Assembly (NCBI RefSeq): GCF_003286125.1 | Contig: NZ_QMED01000002.1 | Span: 212,634-276,633 of the forward strand | Direction of reading: 5' to 3' | Length of the DNA stretch: 64,000 bases | From: Algibacillus agarilyticus | GTDB taxonomy: Bacteria; Pseudomonadota; Gammaproteobacteria; Enterobacterales; Alteromonadaceae | Part shown: in pieces, positions 10,366 through 19,427 of the stretch | How positions within the stretch are numbered: the first letter of the stretch is position 1 | How the letters are laid out: every line of letters begins with the position of its first letter | The notes under the pieces: model-generated | What the model was told of the DNA's origin: nothing | The model's input: only the letters and a program-made list of their open reading frames with translations | Databases searched by the model: none | Translations under genes and position numbers: made by a program

Positions 10366-10725
10366 CTATTTTTATTTCTCTTTTATCTTAAATTTGCGGT
10401 TAAATGCCATCTTAAATTACCTATCAACTTTGCACACAGAATAAAATAAAAAGGATCAATCTGCTACTACGCACTTAACATCAGCAAAAATCATTAAAGA
10501 CAGATCACATGAGCGGGAAAAAAACGGGTAAATTGAAGGTTAAAGCCTTTGCTCTTCAGCAAGTCCTTGCTAGGCTTTAGTTTGTTGGGCTTGAGCTTGT
10601 TGCATTAATTCAGTCGCCAGCGTGGTTAACTTAAAGTTAAATAAAATTATAGGCTTAATGCTGCCTGTCCCACACGATTCCTTCAATTGGCTGCCAGTCG
10701 GCATAGACTTCAACGATTTCACGGC

Positions 10726-11031
10726 TCATCTTGAACCTTCTAGCAATTTTATATTTTGCAGCTTGATACCCACTTCATCATGGGCAGCCATTTCTGCAAA
10801 ATTATTCTCCATGCCAAGAACGGCCATCACTTTTAAGTAAGTGCCTATGGCAACGCCAGGATCACCTGCGAAAACTTTGTTCACGGTTTTATGATCAAAG
10901 CCAGTACGTTCACACAGCAGCTTTTTAGTAAAACCACGTCGTTTCATCGCCAACAGCAAATCTTCACCAAAATGAGTCAGGATTTTGCGCTGCTTTGGAA
11001 ACAGTACATTGTGCAAATCGCGCTTAGCCAT
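10726..11031 (-). CDS. XRE-family helix-turn-helix transcriptional regulator
   Basis: FTKKLLCERTGFDHKTVNKVFAGDP HTH-like segment; 101 aa; operator-like repeats directly upstream. Confidence 0.55.
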   Translation of the reverse strand: MAKRDLHNVLFPKQRKILTHFGEDLLLAMKRRGFTKKLLCERTGFDHKTVNKVFAGDPGVAIGTYLKVMAVLGMENNFAEMAAHDEVGIKLQNIKLLEGSR

Positions 11032-11044
11032 ATTACCAACCCAA

Positions 11045-11144
11045 GGGACTATAATCCCATTATATAAACATTAATAGGAATATAGTCCAACTTAAATATC
11101 CAAGCAACTCCAACAAGCCAAACATGGGACTATATTCCCATTTT
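11045..11144. promoter_or_regulatory. Three copies of a 17-18 bp motif GGGACTATA(A/T)TCC(C/T)ATT; two form an imperfect palindrome with an 8-bp spacer. Candidate operator in the promoter of the XRE regulator
   Basis: Copies read directly at 11045-11062 (+), 11072-11090 (inverted) and 11124-11144 (+). Confidence 0.4.
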
Positions 11145-11300
11145 ACTCGGTATAATTGGATTTACATCCCACTTTTAGATTTAATTTGCGCGTTGGCCAA
11201 GGTGATGCAATATCATTTTTCGTTAGATACTTTATTACTTATTTCTCTGCAAGAGCCAACGACAGAGATACAATAGTGTAGTCATCGATATTTTTTCAAA

Positions 11301-12776
11301 TTACTCACACGTTAATTTAGTTACTCTATTTTCAAAGTTTAATAACTCAACTACTCGGCTATGATCTGGATCGTATATCCACTCATGATCAAATAGACTT
11401 TTTAATCTATGATTCATAAAGCAAGAGTCGATAACTAAGGAGTTAAACTTATTGCCCCCTTCTCTCAGTTTTTCAATTTTATCCAACAGACTAGTCGGTA
11501 GCCCAGACATAACAAAATCGGAAATAATCAACATATCTGCATTTTTATACTTATCTGTTTCCATAGCTGAAATCCCTTCGCTAATAGCTGGAGCAACATC
11601 AGTGCCGCCATGAAATGATTTTTGTAAAAAACTAGTTAAGTTCTTTAATGCAAAATCACCTGATAGATCTAGTGTTTCAATGCTTGTTGAAAAGTTAATT
11701 AGATAACAGTTTCTATTTTCTTGTTTTGCTTTCACTACCATGAGCATTGTAACTGCTTTTGCAATAGTTTCTGGTGCACCATACATTGAACCACTTGTAT
11801 CAACACAAATGATCATGGGACCTTTAGTCTCTTTTTCAGTTACTGATTGTTCAACTTCTATTTCGTATTTGCTCTCAATAAATTGCGTACCTTTCATATC
11901 AAAACACATGAGTCCTGATTCAATATATTTAAGGTCAAATAGTAAAGATGTATCCGGATCCGCCATTAGTGCTAACTCACTAGGTAAAGCATGTTCAATA
12001 TCCTTGCCTAGCCGTAAACCAATGATCTCTTCTTTAGAGTTGATATCAGGTACAGGGACTCTTTCAGAAACTGATTTCTGTATTATTTCAATTTTCTCAC
12101 TTTGTTTAACTTGGTTAATTCGCCCCATCATTTCTAATAAGTCTTGAACGCCTTGGTCATTTTTTAAACATTCCAACCAGCGCTTGATAGGAGCGATATC
12201 GTCAATGGACAAACTTCCTTTAGATAAGTCAAAAAAAACACCCTGTTCTAACCCTAAAGACTCTAACGTATGGAATAACTCTAAAAGTGCATCAAGGCTT
12301 TCAAATAAACTTTTTAAAAACTCTTCTCTCAACCTTCTTAACTGTTCAAGTTCCCATTGAGATCTTAATTTGTCTAGTAACTTCCTCCTTTCATTTCGAA
12401 GTAAACTATGCGTACTTTGTAAGTCTCGTTCTACTTTGTCATTAGGAACGGTTTTCTTCATAGAAGTGATTTTAATAATCTCTTGCTCCCAGAATTTATT
12501 AAATTGATTTCCAGAATTGAGACATAACGCCTTATAATCATTAATTTCATTTCTAATAACTTCTATATTACTTAAGCTATTCAGCGAGGTGGTAAATATA
12601 GCCTCATCCTCAAAGTAAGGGTAATCAACATCGAAGCTTCGTTTGGTATCGCTTTGCCAATTTGAGAGGCGCGCCTCTACTTTAACTCTAGTTTCAGGAC
12701 TCGCTAGAAGAAAATGATGATACTTATTTTTAATTTGTATCATCATTGTTTGAGCTTGTTGCTTTATATTACACAC
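11301..12776 (-). CDS. viaA: VWA-domain protein, ViaA-like partner of RavA
   Basis: C-terminal VWA domain with MIDAS motif DTSGSM; 8-bp overlap with the upstream MoxR ATPase gene; size (491 aa) like ViaA. Confidence 0.75.
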   Translation of the reverse strand: MCNIKQQAQTMMIQIKNKYHHFLLASPETRVKVEARLSNWQSDTKRSFDVDYPYFEDEAIFTTSLNSLSNIEVIRNEINDYKALCLNSGNQFNKFWEQEIIKITSMKKTVPNDKVERDLQSTHSLLRNERRKLLDKLRSQWELEQLRRLREEFLKSLFESLDALLELFHTLESLGLEQGVFFDLSKGSLSIDDIAPIKRWLECLKNDQGVQDLLEMMGRINQVKQSEKIEIIQKSVSERVPVPDINSKEEIIGLRLGKDIEHALPSELALMADPDTSLLFDLKYIESGLMCFDMKGTQFIESKYEIEVEQSVTEKETKGPMIICVDTSGSMYGAPETIAKAVTMLMVVKAKQENRNCYLINFSTSIETLDLSGDFALKNLTSFLQKSFHGGTDVAPAISEGISAMETDKYKNADMLIISDFVMSGLPTSLLDKIEKLREGGNKFNSLVIDSCFMNHRLKSLFDHEWIYDPDHSRVVELLNFENRVTKLTCE

Positions 12777-14337
12777 TACAAAGAACCTCTAAACGTTGGC
12801 AGTCTTTAATGCTAAGTTCAATATTTTTTAGCTGGTTTTCAATAGCAACCAAGGGGATTTTTAATAACTCTTCATTAATAAATGGCGAAGCTAACTGAGC
12901 TTTATATTCGTTATTTTTATCTTGGCAATTTTTTAATAAGACCATTAATTTTTTTCTTATTTCAATTACCGAGCCGTTTAAAGAGTCTATAAGCCGAGTA
13001 TTAATATCGTCTTTTTTATCACCTTTATGAAATAAGATAGTAGGCGTGAAGGTTACTGTATCTTCATAAGCATAATTATACGTCTTAAGGTTTTCAATTT
13101 TGCAGGATCCTTGCCCATTAAATGTACAGTCAAAATGAGAAAGCTCATTTAAATTATTATCAAGTGGGAAAAACGTATCTGTAGTCTTTAAGTTGGAATA
13201 AGGTAAAAATACAATTTCTTTTTCAGTATTTATTGTTCTATGGTGTTTGTGCTTAAACTCTAAAATAGCTTTAAAATATTTTTTATTGCCTATTTTTTCT
13301 GTTTTATAAACATCATTTCTAAAAAAAAGCTCCTTGTGAATTTCTTTATCTAATGATTCTTTTTCTTTATCTAATTCCTCTAGACTAATATCTGAAGTAA
13401 AACCAACGGCTTTAATAGCATCATGGACAATTTTAATAACAGGCTCATGATTATCTGCAGTTGTCCAAATACAATGGCTTAAAAGCAACGCATCACTATG
13501 GTTAGTTTCTTTTCTGTCATTAAAAAAAGCTGACGCTTTAAGTAATTGCGCTGCCTTTTGCCAACGTCTGTCAGAAACATACACACCTAACTCTTCAAAC
13601 TGCTCTGATAGCGATTTACGAATAGCGTGGATAATCAGTAATGTTTCTTTAGATAGGCAAACAGTATCTATCTTCTTACGCCAGCTATTCCACTCATTTT
13701 GAGACACCGCAATTTTACTCGGCAGCTTTATATTGGCTTGAGTGGGTTTACCGTTTATTAAATTCTCGAAATTATCTTTACGTGCAATTGGCGCAACCAT
13801 TAAACGGATGATAAAACGATCATATAATGCATCTAAGCCCTGATTGCCTTCAGGGGTTTCATTAGATGCCACAATTAATGCTTTCAATGGTGTATTTTCA
13901 ATCACGTCACCATTCTTAAACGTTTTCTCATTAATCATTGTTAATAAGGAATTTAAAATAGCTGGACTCGATTTCCATATTTCATCTAAAAAAGCAAACT
14001 CAGCTTTGGGTAAGTAGTTACTAGTTTTTCTCGTATATTTATCTTCTTTAAGCGCTTTAATAGAAACGGGTCCAAACAACTCTTCGGGTGTACTAAAACG
14101 GTTCATTAAATATTCAAAGTATGCTGGTTCTTTAAAAGCACAAGCAATACGACGAGATATTAAGCTTTTGGCCGTACCTGGAGAGCCAAATAGAAAAGTG
14201 TTTTGATTTGATAGCGCCCCTAACAATGATATTGATATAATATCTTCTCGTTCATGCATACCTGTTGATATATGCTCTACAATGTTTTTAATCCTTGCTT
14301 GTAAACTCATTTCGATTGCCTTTTTATTATGCTTCAA
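12769..14337 (-). CDS. ravA: MoxR-family AAA+ ATPase RavA-like
   Basis: Long colinear match to E. coli RavA (FLFGSPGTAKSLISRRI, AFEYLMNRFSTPEE, YLPKAEFAFLDEIWK, LIVASNE); 522 aa. Confidence 0.85.
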   Translation of the reverse strand: MKHNKKAIEMSLQARIKNIVEHISTGMHEREDIISISLLGALSNQNTFLFGSPGTAKSLISRRIACAFKEPAYFEYLMNRFSTPEELFGPVSIKALKEDKYTRKTSNYLPKAEFAFLDEIWKSSPAILNSLLTMINEKTFKNGDVIENTPLKALIVASNETPEGNQGLDALYDRFIIRLMVAPIARKDNFENLINGKPTQANIKLPSKIAVSQNEWNSWRKKIDTVCLSKETLLIIHAIRKSLSEQFEELGVYVSDRRWQKAAQLLKASAFFNDRKETNHSDALLLSHCIWTTADNHEPVIKIVHDAIKAVGFTSDISLEELDKEKESLDKEIHKELFFRNDVYKTEKIGNKKYFKAILEFKHKHHRTINTEKEIVFLPYSNLKTTDTFFPLDNNLNELSHFDCTFNGQGSCKIENLKTYNYAYEDTVTFTPTILFHKGDKKDDINTRLIDSLNGSVIEIRKKLMVLLKNCQDKNNEYKAQLASPFINEELLKIPLVAIENQLKNIELSIKDCQRLEVLCSV

Positions 14338-14352
14338 GTTATCTATAGCTTT

Positions 14353-14391
14353 AAAAAATTAAGTGCTCACAATTCTTATGAGCACTTTTTC
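14353..14391. terminator. Bidirectional rho-independent terminator
   Basis: AAAAAA-AAGTGCTCA-loop-TGAGCACTT-TTTT; downstream of the RelE-like transcript on the minus strand. Confidence 0.6.
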
Positions 14392-14595
14392 TATTAGTTA
14401 ATGGTTATGGTTGTTACTTTTTTTGCTGCTGAATTTGCTTGCTACGGTTACCTTGAGCCTGATCGTATTGACGATTAGTACCTGAAGTCCCTTTATTAGC
14501 GTTTTGTTGATTAGCTGCATTGTCTTTAGGTTTAATATTTTTACTCATTTTGTTTTCCTTAATATTGTTAAATTGAAAATCACGAAGTCACATGA

Positions 14596-14913
14596 CTAAC
14601 GCCTTCGTCGATTTAATAATGTCGTAAAATGCTGGCGAATATAGATACCTAAGGCGGTCCAACATTCACCTTTAACCCCTATTAACATTCGATAGCTATG
14701 GCTAAGACGCATACGATAAAGGTTTGGTAAACACCGGATTTTTTTTGCTCCGAAAGATTGGGGGTGCCTGCCTGACTGTAATTGACCAAGCACTTCTGAG
14801 CTTTTTGTTAGCACTGAGTTAGGGAGGATTTTACTTGAGCAGGCACTGTAGCCATTTTTATCAGAAGGCGCGTCTAAGCTAATAAGCAACTTTTCTATAG
14901 ACTTAAGCATCAT
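14596..14913 (-). CDS. RelE/ParE/HigB-superfamily toxin-like protein
   Basis: C-terminal LYRMRLSHSYRMLIGVKGECWTALGIYIRQHF fits the RelE/ParE fold consensus (YR.R....YR.I.......v.l.....R); weak call. Confidence 0.4.
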   Translation of the reverse strand: MMLKSIEKLLISLDAPSDKNGYSACSSKILPNSVLTKSSEVLGQLQSGRHPQSFGAKKIRCLPNLYRMRLSHSYRMLIGVKGECWTALGIYIRQHFTTLLNRRRR

Positions 14914-15125
14914 GCTTTCCCGTAACCATTTTATTAGCCGAGAGAAATTGGGACATTAATTGATATTTTATTGCTTTATCTGCGGGACTTAAGTGCTTAG
15001 CATTAAGTAAACAAAGCAAAATTAAATGATACATATTGAGCTCCTGTTCATCACCGCACTATGCGATGACTTCAGGAGCAAGTATCAAACTGTGAATTTC
15101 ACAAAAAAGGGTTTAATGAAAAAAA

Positions 15126-15797
15126 TTAATATTTATTTAAGAGCTCGTTGAATTCTTCGTATTCTTTGCGTTTAGCTTGATAAAGAAGGTTTAACCACTG
15201 TCCGTCACCATTAACAAATTCAGCAGAAGCCTGATCTAAGATCTGACCTAGCTCACCAAATTGATTATTTATAACCGCCTTAATCGCGCTATCGTAAGGT
15301 GAAGGGGTATTATCTGCAGTAATAACGTTGGCAATTAATTCAACAGAGGTAAACTCTCCAGCACTAAAAGGGTAAGGTATTTCATCTTTTACCCAGTCAA
15401 TATTGCCTTTAGATAAAAATTCACCTAATTCAGGCAACCGAGACTCTAATGCCTGATAAAGCATTTTTTTAGCACGCCATTCAGCAAAGTGTTTTTCTAG
15501 CTTATCTTGAGGGATCTCCGCCCCATTTAACCAGTTTGTTACGAGTTTTTTATCCTCAAACAAAGTATCAAGAATGATTAAATTTCGGATAAAGTTTTTA
15601 TTGCCGGCTCGAATAGGACGAGATGTGTACTTATCAGCTTCAGAATATAAATCAGCTTCGTCTAAAAGCTGTTCTTTTAAGCTTTCATCTTTAACATAAT
15701 AATTTAGTCTATTACGTAAACGTTCCGGTAAAAATCTTTGTTCAATTCCTAACGCTCTTGATGCAATTGCAGCAATACTATTACCTTTTTTAGCCAT
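15126..15797 (-). CDS. Hypothetical cytoplasmic protein (223 aa), no recognised domain
   Basis: Clean ORF, AT-rich codon usage matching its neighbours, last gene of a tightly packed three-gene cassette. Confidence 0.5.
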   Translation of the reverse strand: MAKKGNSIAAIASRALGIEQRFLPERLRNRLNYYVKDESLKEQLLDEADLYSEADKYTSRPIRAGNKNFIRNLIILDTLFEDKKLVTNWLNGAEIPQDKLEKHFAEWRAKKMLYQALESRLPELGEFLSKGNIDWVKDEIPYPFSAGEFTSVELIANVITADNTPSPYDSAIKAVINNQFGELGQILDQASAEFVNGDGQWLNLLYQAKRKEYEEFNELLNKY

Positions 15798-15806
15798 TAT
15801 AGTCCC

Positions 15807-16268
15807 TTAATGGCAATTCAATGCTGCTGATATATAAGCTAAAGCTTCAGTCTCATTCATATTATTCATACCCCTGGCAATAACTAGGTATTGAATATAC
15901 TGCTCACCTACACCACAATTATACGCCACCTTATATATGGCACCGGTACACATTCCTGCAAGCATAGCTTCCTTTAACGTAGTACTCATATTAAGCGGGA
16001 GAAGTGCTTCTTTTTGCTCAACAAATTCAGAGCAAGCTCTAGATAACTCTTTGAAAGCCTGTGCCTTATAAGTGCTTTTATAATAAGTATTTTGATAACC
16101 AATACACTGCCCAGCAAGAAAGGCTTCGGTTATTGACGTTGACATTTTACTGAGCAATGCATTTTCCTGCTCATCTCGCTCTTCACATGCTTTGTCAATA
16201 TCAATACCTACTGCAGTGGCAGATAAACTATAAAAGCACAGTATTAAAACAATTATGAAACGAAACAT
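15807..16268 (-). CDS. Hypothetical secreted protein with an internal two-fold repeat
   Basis: N-terminal signal peptide (MFRFIIVLILCFYSLSATAVG); duplicated Cys-containing module LSKMSTSITEAFLAGQCIGY / LNMSTTLKEAMLAGMCTGAIY. Confidence 0.5.
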   Translation of the reverse strand: MFRFIIVLILCFYSLSATAVGIDIDKACEERDEQENALLSKMSTSITEAFLAGQCIGYQNTYYKSTYKAQAFKELSRACSEFVEQKEALLPLNMSTTLKEAMLAGMCTGAIYKVAYNCGVGEQYIQYLVIARGMNNMNETEALAYISAALNCH

Positions 16269-17176
16269 TACTTTATGGCCTCAACGTTTGATAAATTAGC
16301 TGTTTCTTCTGGTGGAGCTTCTGGTGGAGCTTCTGGTGGAGCTTCTGCAGAGTGACCGAACATAATAAAAGTGAAAATACACAAGCCAATAATTAACACA
16401 TCGTCACGCCAAATTGGCTTAAATTCCCAAGCTATAAAAGCAGGAATCGCAATAAGTGTCACTGCATAAAGTAAGGTTGTTAATGAACAAATACTGAAGA
16501 GACTCGTTGTAAATCGAATAGGAGTTGTTGCACTTACTTTATAACTTCTAATTTTTGTTTTTACTATGCCAAAAGTAGTCCATAAGATTGCAGCCAATAA
16601 TAACAGTACGATGCCGTTCATTTGGCTTAACACTGCAACTACAACACCACCAATAACGAGCACTAACGTTGCAAAAATAAGCAGTAGGAAATGGCAGAAG
16701 GTAAATACCCAAGGAATAGTTTTTTCTTGCTGCTTAATATGTTTGTTTCTAGAAAAGAAATAAAATTTCACGTTTTTATCCTCTTCGTCTTTAGATTTTT
16801 TTTCTTGGTGCAGTTGAGTCAAGTAACTCACAAGAGTTAAGTTAGCCGACTGGTATTTCTCAAAACCGGCCTCAGATAGTGCAAAGTCATCATGCTCCAG
16901 AAGCAAATTATCAGTTTTAGTTAAATACTCTAACTTCTCATTGATATCAGGTGTAAAGCCGTTTATTTCATCAGCACAGTTATTTTCAGAAATAGAGAAG
17001 CCAAGATCTTTTAATAGTTGCTGAAGATTAAGACGCCATTGAGCAATAAGCTCTAATTGAGTTAACTCCGGTGTAGAAGATATTTCTTCTTCGGAGGATG
17101 CTTTCTCTAACTCCACATCTACTTTAGTTGAATTTTGCTGACATTCATTAACATTTTTTTTAAAGGACGATTCCAT
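16268..17176 (-). CDS. Hypothetical membrane protein (4 predicted TM helices) with a C-terminal (APPE)n repeat tail
   Basis: Hydrophobic stretches at about aa 150-260; stop codon overlaps the start of the next gene; C-terminal EAPPEAPPEAPPEE. Confidence 0.5.
   Translation of the reverse strand: MESSFKKNVNECQQNSTKVDVELEKASSEEEISSTPELTQLELIAQWRLNLQQLLKDLGFSISENNCADEINGFTPDINEKLEYLTKTDNLLLEHDDFALSEAGFEKYQSANLTLVSYLTQLHQEKKSKDEEDKNVKFYFFSRNKHIKQQEKTIPWVFTFCHFLLLIFATLVLVIGGVVVAVLSQMNGIVLLLLAAILWTTFGIVKTKIRSYKVSATTPIRFTTSLFSICSLTTLLYAVTLIAIPAFIAWEFKPIWRDDVLIIGLCIFTFIMFGHSAEAPPEAPPEAPPEETANLSNVEAIK
16307..16348. repeat. 12-bp tandem repeat TTCTGGTGGAGC x3.5, in frame (APPE repeats)
   Basis: Read directly; lies in the 3-prime end of the 302-aa membrane-protein gene. 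Confidence 0.8.
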
Positions 17177-17318
17177 TCTGGTTTCTTTAATAATTACTAC
17201 TTAAAATCATTATCGCACTATAGTTTAAAAACTAAAATAATAATTACATCCACAATGGTTCGTAGAACAGACACTTGAGATAAATATTCAGCATTGTCTT
17301 TGTGTTTAACTATCGTGG

Positions 17319-18689
17319 TTAGTTAAACACAAGTGTAACTTGGGTGCCCTCTCCGCTTTGGCTTGCAACCGTTAATTGCCAACCGAGTTGCCACGTGATG
17401 CGTTGCACTATCGACATGCCTAAACCCACGCCGTCGGGCTGTAAGCTATAAAACGCTTGGTTAATGTTAGACAGTTCATTTTGTGGAATACCAAAACCGG
17501 TGTCGCTAATGGTTAACGCCTTGTTATTGCATTCAATACACACATGGCCTTGATGAGTATATTGAAACGCATTGCGCAACAAGTTGCTTAATACAATCTC
17601 GAATAGGGCTTGGTTGGTGTGGCAAGTGATGTGAGCGGGCACGTTATTCATGATTTTTATGGGTTTGTAGCTGAATAAGTAACTGAGCTTATCGATAACT
17701 AAATCGGTTTGCGCAGCTACGTTAATGGCTTCGTTAATAGCTTCGTGCGTGTGCCCGGTTGCGGTGTTTTTAGCTAATTGCAAAAAAGTATTAATGAGCT
17801 GGGTCATTTCGGTATTGGCGCGTTGCATGCGGCCAATCAATTTACGTTGATTGGCGTCTAGCTCGGTGTTTTGCAATAAATCAAGCGCCATGGTTAAGCT
17901 GGTGGTGGGGGTGCGCAGCTCGTGACTCACTTCGCGGGTAAAGCGTTTTTCACTCTCAACATAATCATCTATCCGTGTTAATAGCGTGCTGAGTGTTTGC
18001 GCTAAAGTGCCTACCTCGTCCGGAAAAAACGAACCAGTAAACTGACGTGGTAAATGTTCGGGTTGCACGTTTTCGACTTGAGCGGCTAATTGCGTTAATG
18101 GTTTTAATACGCTGCGGGTTAAAAATAGGCTCAGCAAAATAGCCAACAGGGTTACCAGTATGGCTAAGGGGATCAAGATGATCAGCACAAATTTATCGGC
18201 ATTGAGCGAGCTCGGGTCGCTCGCTTGCGCAAATCCACTCACATCATAAATCGAATATAACGTTTGGTTTTGCCAAGGCACGGCGACCACTTGTAAAGCC
18301 GGTTCTTGCGAGCTGCCTTCGATATCTATCACTTTATAGCCCTCGGGGTATTCGGTAATGTGCGATAAGTTAGATAGCTGCGCGAGTGTTTGTTTGGCGG
18401 TTGATAGTTCATCCGCCAACGCAATTTGATAATGCTGCTGCAAATACTTGAGCAAATGTTGCTCGTTGCCCACAAAACTCACCGAGTTAACGGTGTTAGC
18501 CGGTATTTGTTGGGTTTTAACCGCATGTTTGGTGATTTCGAGTGCGTACCAGTTAAAAAGCCGATCGTCAGTTACATCGTAAATAAACCACGCAAACGCC
18601 GAGTAGCCCATTGCACTCACACACGCTAAGGTGGTAAACGCTAATACAATGCGCACCCGTAAACTTTTTAAATAGCGCGTTATTTGCAT
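17319..18689 (-). CDS. Sensor histidine kinase with two TM segments and a periplasmic sensor domain
   Basis: H-box SHELRTPTTSL, and N/G-box-like ATP-binding region (LLRNAFQYT ... SDTGFGIP ... GVGLGMSIV); 10-bp overlap with the response-regulator gene. Confidence 0.85.
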   Translation of the reverse strand: MQITRYLKSLRVRIVLAFTTLACVSAMGYSAFAWFIYDVTDDRLFNWYALEITKHAVKTQQIPANTVNSVSFVGNEQHLLKYLQQHYQIALADELSTAKQTLAQLSNLSHITEYPEGYKVIDIEGSSQEPALQVVAVPWQNQTLYSIYDVSGFAQASDPSSLNADKFVLIILIPLAILVTLLAILLSLFLTRSVLKPLTQLAAQVENVQPEHLPRQFTGSFFPDEVGTLAQTLSTLLTRIDDYVESEKRFTREVSHELRTPTTSLTMALDLLQNTELDANQRKLIGRMQRANTEMTQLINTFLQLAKNTATGHTHEAINEAINVAAQTDLVIDKLSYLFSYKPIKIMNNVPAHITCHTNQALFEIVLSNLLRNAFQYTHQGHVCIECNNKALTISDTGFGIPQNELSNINQAFYSLQPDGVGLGMSIVQRITWQLGWQLTVASQSGEGTQVTLVFN

Positions 18690-19351
18690 AATTTGAATCC
18701 ACGTTTGGCTAGGGTATGCAGTAAGGGCACGGCAAAGGGTTTATCTATTTTTTGGCGCAGGCTGTATAAATGGCTGCGCAGGGCGTCGCTGTCGGGGGCG
18801 GTGTCTTGCCATATTTCAGATTCGAGCCGTTGCCTGCTCACCACATTAGGCGAGGCTTGCGCTAACACCAGCAATAGCTGATACCCCATCGGCGATAGCG
18901 TAATGGTTTGGCCTTGGCGTGTCACTTCGCATTGGCGGGTGTTAATAATGAGGTCTTCGATTTGAATGATTGCTTGCTGTTGGTTATTGCAACGCTTAAT
19001 TAACGCTTTAACGCGCGCAAGCAGCTCGGCGAGCTGAAAAGGCTTAACGAGATAATCATCGCCACCAGCATCAAACCCTGCGAGTTTGTCTTCTAACCGA
19101 TCGCGCGCGGTTAAAAATAAAACGGGGGTGGTATTAACCGGATTTTTGCGCAATAACTGACACAGCGATAAGCCATCCATACCCGGTAAACCAATATCGA
19201 ATATGTATAGATCATAAGTTTGTTGACTGGCTAAGTTTGATGCCGTTAATCCGTCGGCGGCAAAATCAACCATAAAGCCGTGCAAGGCTAAAAAGTCGCC
19301 TATGCTTTCGGCAATGTCGCGTTGATCTTCAACCACTAATATTGTTGCCAC
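18680..19351 (-). CDS. OmpR-family two-component response regulator
   Basis: Receiver domain (ILVVEDQ...DLYIFDIGLPGMDG) plus a winged-helix C-terminus. Confidence 0.9.
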   Translation of the reverse strand: MATILVVEDQRDIAESIGDFLALHGFMVDFAADGLTASNLASQQTYDLYIFDIGLPGMDGLSLCQLLRKNPVNTTPVLFLTARDRLEDKLAGFDAGGDDYLVKPFQLAELLARVKALIKRCNNQQQAIIQIEDLIINTRQCEVTRQGQTITLSPMGYQLLLVLAQASPNVVSRQRLESEIWQDTAPDSDALRSHLYSLRQKIDKPFAVPLLHTLAKRGFKLCK

Positions 19352-19427
19352 CCCATTACTCCTTTATTTTTTATAAGCGTATTTAAAAACGTACCATTTA
19401 AAACGCAGGGCTTAAATAAACATGCTT

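Noticed and set aside
10622-10840. 72-aa plus-strand ORF overlapping the XRE regulator gene
   Set aside because: It is antisense to and overlapping a gene with a recognisable HTH, and has no features of its own.
11740-12147. 135-aa plus-strand ORF inside the viaA-like gene
   Set aside because: It is antisense to a VWA-domain gene with an intact MIDAS motif and has no supporting motif.
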